A stretch of DNA of 64,000 bases from Fibrobacterales bacterium. GTDB lineage: Bacteria > Fibrobacterota > Fibrobacteria > Fibrobacterales > JAOPTW01. Both the position numbers and the translations under genes were made by a program. Of this stretch, positions 8,244 to 15,661 are shown one piece after another (within the stretch, counting starts at the first letter, position 1; every line of letters begins with the position of its first letter). The notes below the pieces were generated by a model. The model was not told where the DNA came from. It was given only the letters and a program-made list of their open reading frames with translations, and did no database searches. Where the stretch lies: contig JAOPTX010000036.1 of NCBI GenBank assembly GCA_051532055.1, positions 1 to 64,000 of the forward strand, given 5' to 3'.

Positions 8244-8420
8244 ATAAACCTCCATGTTTATTTCTGAACAAAGCAGTGGCCCTACACCATGCAGTGTTCT
8301 ATGCATTTGTGCCACATCCATGTGGCGGGTTTTGTGTTTGGGACTGGTCTGGATTGATACTCCGTAACAGCCTGTATTAACTCCTATTTCATATTTCGGA
8401 GAGGCTTACTGAAATCTTTA
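8244..8420 (-). promoter_or_regulatory. sigma28 promoter and long (~145 nt) leader of fla7 with CsrA hairpins
   Basis: TAAAGATT-N12-TCCGAAAT (8393-8420); GCCACA-TGGA-TGTGGC (8311-8326); ATAAAC-ATGGAG-GTTTAT at the SD. Confidence 0.75.
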
Positions 8421-8545
8421 ATGTTTTTTTTGCAAAAAAAATGAAAACTGTTTATTATATGAAATAAATGGCCAATGCGTCCCATACGGGCCATATATAA
8501 AAAGAGAATTAGAAAGGGGATTTTGAAATGCTGGAGGTAGAAATT

Positions 8546-8617
8546 AAAAAAGCCCAAACGGAGCGGGCCTTTTTAAAAAGATTTGTGTACGGAAATACAC
8601 ATCAACCTTTAATGCAT
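8546..8617 (-). ncRNA. Candidate sigma28-driven antisense sRNA B (~70 nt) complementary to the fla8 leader
   Basis: Lies after the fla8 terminator; own promoter TAAAGTTT-N12-AACGATAT (8623-8650); hairpin TGTGTA-TTTCCG-TACACA; terminator GGCCC-GCTCCGTTT-GGGCTTTTTT; no ORF; 15/15 and 14/15 complementarity to 9687-9701 and 9627-9641. Confidence 0.7.
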
Positions 8618-8669
8618 TTATAATATCGTTTTATGACAATTAAAACTTTAGAGAAATATGAGAGAAAAT

Positions 8670-8699
8670 AAAAAAGACCGAAATTTTCATTTCGGCCTT
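8670..8699 (-). terminator. Intrinsic terminator after fla8
   Basis: AAGGCCGAAAT-GAAA-ATTTCGGTCTTTTTT. Confidence 0.85.
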
Positions 8700-8746
8700 C
8701 GGAGTTAATACCTGCGTATCAGGTATTGGTGTATTGTAGGGTACTT

Positions 8747-9604
8747 TTAATTGAGGAGTGCAAGGGCAGACTGCGGAGCAGTATTTGCCTGCGCTAACAT
8801 AGAGACAGATGATTGAGTCAAAATCTGAGTTCTGGTGAACTCGGTTGATTCTGAAGCAAAATCCACATCACGAATCCGTGATTCCGCATCTTGTGTGTTA
8901 AACTCCTGATTGGCGAGATTGTTGATTGCATGTTCGAGTCTATTCACATAGGCGCCAACATCAGATCTCATGGTATTTACTGAGGTGATTGCAGTATCTA
9001 TTGACGATATTGCCGTGAGTGCAGATGCTTGAGTTGATACGCCCACCGCACTTGTTCCTGATGTAGATATAGCAAGTGATCCAGTAGTGAGGGCGCTCAT
9101 TGATATACTAATACTGTCTGAAGTTGTTGCATTTGCACCGATATGGAGTACCGATGATGATGAACCGCTCACACCAAAAGAGCTGTTGCCGCCATCGATG
9201 AGGGTCTGTCCATTGTACTGAGAGCTATTGGATATTCTATCGACTTCTGCAGCGAGTGAACTAAACTCCTGATCGAGATATCCACGATCAGTTGAAGTCA
9301 ATGTATCATTTGCTGCCTGTACAGAGAGTTCTCTCATTCTTTGCAAAACTTCAGAAATCTCATTTGCGGCTCCTTCCGCTACTTGTAGTAGCGCAATGCC
9401 GTCTTGTGCATTTGCTTTTGCACGACCGAGCCCTCTGATTTGTGAACGTAATTGCTCTGATACTGAGAGTCCTGCAGCATCATCTGCAGCTGTATTGATT
9501 CTGAGTCCAGTAGAAAGTTTTTGTAGTGATTCGCCCATTTTGCCATTCGCATGAGCAAGCGCGTTCTGAGTTATCAACGAATTGATATTGTGATTGATAC
9601 GCAT
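8747..9604 (-). CDS. fliC: Flagellin fla8 (285 aa)
   Basis: Flagellin N/C motifs. Confidence 0.97.
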   Translation of the reverse strand: MRINHNINSLITQNALAHANGKMGESLQKLSTGLRINTAADDAAGLSVSEQLRSQIRGLGRAKANAQDGIALLQVAEGAANEISEVLQRMRELSVQAANDTLTSTDRGYLDQEFSSLAAEVDRISNSSQYNGQTLIDGGNSSFGVSGSSSSVLHIGANATTSDSISISMSALTTGSLAISTSGTSAVGVSTQASALTAISSIDTAITSVNTMRSDVGAYVNRLEHAINNLANQEFNTQDAESRIRDVDFASESTEFTRTQILTQSSVSMLAQANTAPQSALALLN

Positions 9605-9750
9605 TATAAACCTCCGTGTTTATAAAGATGTGTACTTCCGTGTATTGGTGATATTCGTATTATTTCCGTAAACGAGTATCTCTGTTTGCATTAAAGGTTG
9701 AGGATATGAAGTCCTCCTTAAAATTATCGGGAGGATTATCAAAATCTTTA
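9605..9750 (-). promoter_or_regulatory. sigma28 promoter and leader of fla8 with several ANGGA sites
   Basis: TAAAGATT-N11-CCCGATAA (9724-9750); TAC-ACGGAA-GTA (about 9633-9644); TTATAAAC-ACGGAG-GTTTATAA at the SD; TACGGAAATA (9661-9670). Confidence 0.8.
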
Positions 9751-9869
9751 GAGAAAACTTTAAATAAAGTTATGGAAAAGAAATAAACTTTTTAAAGTGC
9801 CTTTAATTGCGATTAAAAGAGGTTTTTTTAGAGAGTGAGATAGGGGGTTTGTGACACCGATAACGATTA

Positions 9870-10364
9870 TTATCGGTGTTGTTCTATGGTTGGCTCCTCG
9901 GAACCTTCATCTGGAGTAGTAAAATCCGAATGATTAAATTCAGAATATATATTGGAACGGAGATTTCTTTGTGATTCAAACTCCTCACGGTCGATATTCT
10001 GCATAAAGTACAGGTCTTTAGAAAAGCTACGGAGCATAATTTGTTCTTGTACTACTTTATCGAGTTCAGAATCATCAAAACCGAGTATGAATATTGAGGA
10101 TTGATCATCATCACCAAAAATTTCAAATTCTTCCATAATATTTATACTGGTGTCTGCAGATGGTTGATTTTCCAGTGTTGTGGCTACTGGTGTTTGAGAG
10201 GGTGAATTTAGGGCGACTGTATCGGGAGCTGTTGATGATGTTTGTGACTCTATAGGGGCCTCAAGTATTGGCGGTATCGAGTCTGTGGCAAGAGAATCAC
10301 TCTGCTCTGCATGGGCGATGGTTATCACACAGATGATTACGGGTATGAGGTATTTAATAATCAT
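9870..10364 (-). CDS. Hypothetical exported acidic protein
   Basis: ATG overlaps the tsaD stop (TAATG); hydrophobic N-terminus ending AHA; S/T/P-rich linker. Confidence 0.6.
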   Translation of the reverse strand: MIIKYLIPVIICVITIAHAEQSDSLATDSIPPILEAPIESQTSSTAPDTVALNSPSQTPVATTLENQPSADTSINIMEEFEIFGDDDQSSIFILGFDDSELDKVVQEQIMLRSFSKDLYFMQNIDREEFESQRNLRSNIYSEFNHSDFTTPDEGSEEPTIEQHR

Positions 10365-11371
10365 TACTTTCCAAGCTCCAGCCATGGGGTTACTGCATCG
10401 TCAGTTAAATGTAACATATTTGAATTTTTTTTGAGTTGCCCGATTGCTGCGATCATTGCTCCATTATCGGTGCAATACTCAAAGTCAGGGAAAAAGGCCG
10501 TAAAATTATTTTTCTTACCGAGGGTTTCCATTCTTTTTCTCAGATGACGATTTGCTGAAACGCCACCACATACAACAATATGGCTCAGTCCTGTTTTTTT
10601 AAGGGCCCACATGCTCTTTTCGCACAATATATCAACGATAGCCTCTTCAAGTGAGGCGCAAATGTCTTTGAGGTTTTCTTGAATGAACTCTTCACTGTTG
10701 TCCTGGACATATCTAAGGACGGACGTTTTGAGTCCAGAGAATGAGAATTCACCAGTGTCTTGTTTTGCGAAGCTTCGAGGGAATCGAACAAATTTTCTGT
10801 TGCCGCCATCGGCAGCTTTGCCAACAACGGGGCCGGCGGGGTAGCCCAAGCCAAGGAGTTTTCCACATTTATCGAATGCTTCACCGGCTGCGTCATCACG
10901 AGTACGACCCAGTAGTTCATATTCAAAGTTTTCTTTCACTAAGGTAAGTTCAGTGTGGCCGCCTGAAACAGTAAGGCAGCAAAAAGGTGGTTGAATGTCT
11001 GGATTGCTAAGGAAGACTGCAGCGATGTGCCCTTCAAGGTGGTTAATGCCAATACTGGGTATTTGAAGGTCGTGGGCAAGGCCTTTTGCAAATGATGCGC
11101 CTACAAGTAGAGGACCCATGAGTCCAGGGCCTCGGGTATAAGCAATTTGGTCGATGTCATTAATGGTAAGACCAGATGTTGTCAGGGCCTCATCCACTAT
11201 TGCAGAAATTTTTTCAAGGTGGGCACGGGCGGCAATTTCAGGAACGACGCCCCCAAAAGAACGATGTTCTTTGATTTGAGAATAAAGACAGTTTGCGTAT
11301 ACTTTTAGGGTGTCATCGACGATACCGCAAGCAGTTTCGTCACATGAGCTTTCTATGCCAAGGGTAATCAT
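10364..11371 (-). CDS. tsaD: tRNA N6-threonylcarbamoyltransferase TsaD
   Basis: LGIESSCDET, GGVVPEIAARAH, NHLEGH, VSGGHT, DDAAGEAFDK, CTDNGAMIA. Confidence 0.97.
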   Translation of the reverse strand: MITLGIESSCDETACGIVDDTLKVYANCLYSQIKEHRSFGGVVPEIAARAHLEKISAIVDEALTTSGLTINDIDQIAYTRGPGLMGPLLVGASFAKGLAHDLQIPSIGINHLEGHIAAVFLSNPDIQPPFCCLTVSGGHTELTLVKENFEYELLGRTRDDAAGEAFDKCGKLLGLGYPAGPVVGKAADGGNRKFVRFPRSFAKQDTGEFSFSGLKTSVLRYVQDNSEEFIQENLKDICASLEEAIVDILCEKSMWALKKTGLSHIVVCGGVSANRHLRKRMETLGKKNNFTAFFPDFEYCTDNGAMIAAIGQLKKNSNMLHLTDDAVTPWLELGK

Positions 11372-12303
11372 ATCAAGGTATCCTGAATGGTTGTTGAATC
11401 AACTATAAGTTCAAATTCTTTCGGGGCGAGGTCAAAAGATTGTATTTCACCCTGTATACTCACTGTTGGATTCAATTTCTTTTTGTTTTCTATGCTAAAA
11501 CGATTGTACTCAATAAAGAGTGTAATGTCATCGGGCGTTAAGGTCTCGAGAATGCTTTTTGCACCGGTAATGGTGATCGAAGCACTACTGGGTACTAAGC
11601 GATAGGTAAAGGAATCTTTTGGGGAATTCAGTAGTGAAACAGCAATATCAGAAAATGGTTTAATTCTTAATGGCTCGATAGCGATAGTTATTTTAGTTTG
11701 GTTTTCTTTTTGTTCAATAAGACTTGGAAGTGGAGAAAGGGCCACTTGCATAGTGGTGTCGTGATTCAGTGCACTCAAGGTTATGGGGGCAGTTGGAATT
11801 TCGAAAATTTTTGTTACGAGGCTCCGGGCCCCAGATATGGTGATATATTTGGGTGAAATGAGAGGTGGTTTACTGAGAATGAAGTTGGGGGAGGGCTCGA
11901 CGGTTACTCTATTGCGTACGGGTATTTGTTTTGATATTCTCGTTTCAGCATTGATTACTAAGTTCTCATCGTTAAAAATTGTAATAAGAGTCACGTCACC
12001 CGTAGGTGGCTTCATAAAATGACGTTTATGAGGGAAAATGGTGTTTTCACCAAGCTTTAAGTTGGCGAGGTCAAAGAGAAAATGTCCTGGAGTCTCTCTA
12101 TTTAAAATGAGGTCCTTCCCTTTGCCTCTGATTTCAGCCTTGATGGTCTTTGGAAACTGGTTCATTAAAGCCATGGCCCGTGGAATATTTTGAGTTATAA
12201 CGGGAAGTTCAGCGGTGTAAGTATACTGCCTTTCGGACATCACATAGAACCAAAGCAATAAGGCACAGAAAAAGGCGGCAAATTTTAAGGTCATGTTCTT
12301 CAT
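11368..12303 (-). CDS. YbbR/CdaR-like membrane-anchored protein
   Basis: N-terminal ALLLWFYV anchor and repeated YbbR-like segments (PKTIKAEIRG, PKYITISGARS, PSSASITITGAKS). Confidence 0.7.
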   Translation of the reverse strand: MKNMTLKFAAFFCALLLWFYVMSERQYTYTAELPVITQNIPRAMALMNQFPKTIKAEIRGKGKDLILNRETPGHFLFDLANLKLGENTIFPHKRHFMKPPTGDVTLITIFNDENLVINAETRISKQIPVRNRVTVEPSPNFILSKPPLISPKYITISGARSLVTKIFEIPTAPITLSALNHDTTMQVALSPLPSLIEQKENQTKITIAIEPLRIKPFSDIAVSLLNSPKDSFTYRLVPSSASITITGAKSILETLTPDDITLFIEYNRFSIENKKKLNPTVSIQGEIQSFDLAPKEFELIVDSTTIQDTLI

Positions 12304-12366
12304 AATTATCCTTGGTGTATCACAAAAATAGTATTTGTTGGTGCTTTTTCTGTAAAAAGGTATCTT

Positions 12367-13272
12367 TTGTCAGAGTGTAAGGAGAAAAGCGGGGTATCCA
12401 TTCTCTATCTAGTTCGAGAGTCGTTTCGCAGTATAATGCAGCACAGGATGATATTGCTGCCGTCAATTTTGACCATTTTTCTCTGTGCATTCATTTTAGG
12501 TGGAACGATACAATTGCTAGTATTGGGGTATGACTACTCAAATCGAGTTACCGATCACTTTCAGGTTGAGGTATTTCTTTTTGATCATCATAGAGATAAT
12601 GCTCCTGTTATAGGTCAAGAAATTCTCCGTATCGGTAATATTGATTCTGTGACTTATATCTCAAAAGAGAGTGCAAAAAAACTCTTTATCGCTCAATTTG
12701 GACATGAAATGATCGAGGACTTAGAGGTAAATCCTCTTCCATCGTCATTTAAGATCTATCCTGGTGCAAAGTTACAAAATTTGATCAATATGAAAAAGCT
12801 GGTCTATAAGCTTCAAAAATTTCCAGAAGTTGAGACGGTGAGCTCCTCTCTCGATACCATTGAACTTATTGAGGAGTGGAAATCGACATTCTATTTTTGG
12901 TCTCTCGTTATCTCTATTGGGTTAGTGGTTATGCTTTGGCTTATTATCAGTAATTCTGTTCGTTTGACTCTATTCTCAAGAGAGATTTTAGTAGAGAATA
13001 TGCATTATTGTGGGGCGAGTGAGTCTTTTATTCAATTTCCCTTTGTTATAGAAGGGTTCTTTCAGGGGGTCGTCGGCTCTGTCCTAGCGCTTACAGCGTG
13101 GTATGGAATCACCTGGGCATTTACCTTTCTCTTTCCTGAGTTTGCATCAACCCTTTCTATCTCTCTTTCTGCCCTCCCTTGGGTGACTGTTGGCATTGCG
13201 CTTCTTGGTGGGGTAACGAGTTTTAGAGTTGTACATAATTATATGAAAAATGCGGAAGCGTATAACGCATGA
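12367..13272 (+). CDS. ftsX: Cell division permease FtsX
   Basis: YISKESA, NPLPSSF, ISNSVRLTLFSRE, GASESFIQFPFVIEG; 4 TM; exact start uncertain. Confidence 0.88.
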   Translation: MSECKEKSGVSILYLVRESFRSIMQHRMILLPSILTIFLCAFILGGTIQLLVLGYDYSNRVTDHFQVEVFLFDHHRDNAPVIGQEILRIGNIDSVTYISKESAKKLFIAQFGHEMIEDLEVNPLPSSFKIYPGAKLQNLINMKKLVYKLQKFPEVETVSSSLDTIELIEEWKSTFYFWSLVISIGLVVMLWLIISNSVRLTLFSREILVENMHYCGASESFIQFPFVIEGFFQGVVGSVLALTAWYGITWAFTFLFPEFASTLSISLSALPWVTVGIALLGGVTSFRVVHNYMKNAEAYNA

Positions 13273-14561
13273 GGACGTCCTTTGTAATTGGAGTTTCGGT
13301 ACTCCTTCTATTTGTAGGGAGTATTCAAGGGGGGGCAACTCGTCTCGATCGTGACATTGTGCGGCGTAAAAAAGAATTGGCCTTAATCCAAAAAGAGCTC
13401 ATACAGAAAAAAGCTGAGATTGCTCAGGCTAAAAAAAGAGAAAAAGGGGTTCTTCAAGAAATTACCTTGTTAGGGCAGAGTATCTACCGGAATGAACTTT
13501 TTATTGAAAAATTAAAGGATAAAGAACGACTTCTTAATTTTTCTCTGTATGAAACAGAAACGACAATTGACTCCATAACAATCAGTATTGCTCATCAAAA
13601 AAAGCTTCTCGAAAAACGACTAAGAGCCATGTACAAAAAGGGTGAACCTGGGTTTTGGGAACTTTTTTTACGAGGTAAATCATCGACAGATCTCTTTGAA
13701 AACTGGTACTACATGAGCAGGGTTGTGGGGTATGATAAAGAGATGATTCGAAAGTATAATACGTCTCAAAATGAGCTTCATGAGAATCGTAATAAATTGA
13801 CCGGTAGACTTGCCGAAATTGGACGAGTGACATCGGAACAGAAGAATGCTTATGATGCGCTATTAGTACAGCGGAATGAGCAAAAAAACAGTTTGGAAGC
13901 AATTCAGAATGATAGAGAGTTTCAAGAGAGAATACTGAAAGAATTTGAGGACAATCAACTATTAATTACCAGAATTGTAGAGAAATTAGAGGAAAAGCGT
14001 CAAAAACGGATAGCTGATGCAAAGAGAAAAGCCAAAGAGCGAGCAGAGAAAAGAAAGAAGGAGATTGCTCGGGCCGAAAAAATGAAAAATAAGAAAAAAG
14101 TGAAGGAGCTTAAAAAGAAGTTACAGAGAGATTTGGCAACTAAAGAACGTGTTGAAAAAGTAAATAATCGCAAATGCTGGCCCGTAACCGGCAAGATAAT
14201 TTCTAAATATGGGATCCACATTGACCCAAAAATTAAGACCAAAACCCGTAATTTGGGTATTGAGATCGCTGGTAAATTAGGAACTCCTGTTAAAAGTGTC
14301 ACTTCGGGTGAAGTGGTAATGATCGGTAAATTGCCCGGTCATGGGACAGGGGTTGTCATAGATCACGGTGCATCTTTTTATTCGGTATATGGTCACCTTA
14401 ATACAGTGTCAGTGAGGAGTGGACAGAAAGTATCGCTCTGTCAAGAGATTGGAAGTATCGGAGATGAGGATTCATACAATGGACCCAAACTCTTTTTTCA
14501 AATTAATAAAGGGGTCAAAAATATCGACCCCATGCAGTGGCTCAAGAGTGCACGCAGGTAA
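13269..14561 (+). CDS. envC: EnvC-like murein hydrolase activator (coiled coil + degenerate M23)
   Basis: Signal peptide, long coiled coil, WPVTGKIISKYG...VIDHG...VYGHL; HxxxD and HxH zinc ligands replaced (NLGIE, KLF); follows ftsX. Confidence 0.8.
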   Translation: MRTSFVIGVSVLLLFVGSIQGGATRLDRDIVRRKKELALIQKELIQKKAEIAQAKKREKGVLQEITLLGQSIYRNELFIEKLKDKERLLNFSLYETETTIDSITISIAHQKKLLEKRLRAMYKKGEPGFWELFLRGKSSTDLFENWYYMSRVVGYDKEMIRKYNTSQNELHENRNKLTGRLAEIGRVTSEQKNAYDALLVQRNEQKNSLEAIQNDREFQERILKEFEDNQLLITRIVEKLEEKRQKRIADAKRKAKERAEKRKKEIARAEKMKNKKKVKELKKKLQRDLATKERVEKVNNRKCWPVTGKIISKYGIHIDPKIKTKTRNLGIEIAGKLGTPVKSVTSGEVVMIGKLPGHGTGVVIDHGASFYSVYGHLNTVSVRSGQKVSLCQEIGSIGDEDSYNGPKLFFQINKGVKNIDPMQWLKSARR

Positions 14562-15650
14562 GTGATGAAGATTGAAGTTGAAATTACTAAAAATCAAACA
14601 GAAGTGTGGGGCACCCTACACCGTGCGTTGGTGAGTGGAAACTTTCCACAGGCTATTTTGATTGAAGGTAAGCCAGGTGTTGGTAAGAAGGCCCTTGCTC
14701 TTAAGCTGGGAACTATTTTGAAATGTACTGATCCTGAAGTACGTCCTTGTGGAACTTGTTTTAACTGTCAATGTGCTAAAAAAGAAGAGGGTCCCAACTT
14801 TATTTGGCTTCCCCCCATAATTAAAAAAAATAGTAGTGAAGACTTTAATAATCCACAGCACCGTAGTGATGCTGTACATCGGGTGGTTCCCCATTTTATC
14901 GAAAACCCGTATGATATAAGTATTATCTCCCCGAAAGCATACATCGGGGTACCGATGGTACGAGAACTCAAAGGACAGCTCGCATATAAAGATAAAGAGA
15001 ATCGAGTGCTCTTTATCCCTGAAGCGGACAAAATGAACAAAAGTGCAACCAATGCGCTACTCAAAGTGCTCGAAGAGGTACCTAATAACTGTTACTTCAT
15101 ACTCACGACATCGAGTAGAGCGACAATATTACCAACTATTCTATCACGGTGCCTACAAGTACGCGTACCCTCTATGGATCAAGAAGAGATGGAACAGGTC
15201 CTTGCACAATTCGAGTATGAGGATGATGATAGAGAACTCCTGTGCAATTTGTCAAATGGTGCTCCAGGACAGGCAATGGCACTGATTGCTGGTGATTATA
15301 AAAACATCCGCAAAGAGGCTCTTGCCTACCTTAAGGATGCTGCCTCTGGCCGATTTCCACAGTTGTTAAAACAGATTCAGGCACTCAAGTATGATGAGGA
15401 GAAGAGTCTATCACATTGTGATTTTTTGTATATACTATTGCACGATCTTTTTCTGATACAGACGAATGATCTCGCTCACTCTGTTCGAAACAGTGATATT
15501 CGCGAAGATCTGATTGCTATAGCCGAGTGTTTTGAAAATCAAGAGGCCATTCAGAAAGCGATGTCGCAAGTAATACACTACAGAAATAGACTCTTTAGCA
15601 ATGCAAACCCTACGTTTGTACTCGGGAGTTTGGGTCTTGATTTGGTTTAG
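14562..15650 (+). CDS. holB: DNA polymerase III delta' subunit
   Basis: GKPGVGK, zinc cysteines PCGTCFNC, ADKMNKSATNALLKVLEE, LPTILSRC. Confidence 0.9.
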   Translation: MMKIEVEITKNQTEVWGTLHRALVSGNFPQAILIEGKPGVGKKALALKLGTILKCTDPEVRPCGTCFNCQCAKKEEGPNFIWLPPIIKKNSSEDFNNPQHRSDAVHRVVPHFIENPYDISIISPKAYIGVPMVRELKGQLAYKDKENRVLFIPEADKMNKSATNALLKVLEEVPNNCYFILTTSSRATILPTILSRCLQVRVPSMDQEEMEQVLAQFEYEDDDRELLCNLSNGAPGQAMALIAGDYKNIRKEALAYLKDAASGRFPQLLKQIQALKYDEEKSLSHCDFLYILLHDLFLIQTNDLAHSVRNSDIREDLIAIAECFENQEAIQKAMSQVIHYRNRLFSNANPTFVLGSLGLDLV

Positions 15651-15661
15651 AGGAATACGAG

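Noticed and set aside
196..8271. Many 60-100-aa ORFs overlapping flagellins, similar to each other
   Set aside because: Shadow frames of the paralogous flagellin genes; their similarity is inherited from the real CDSs.
12304..12366. ftsX without ftsE, and a YbbR-like gene without cdaA
   Set aside because: Partners may lie elsewhere in the genome; no remnant visible in the 63-bp divergent gap.
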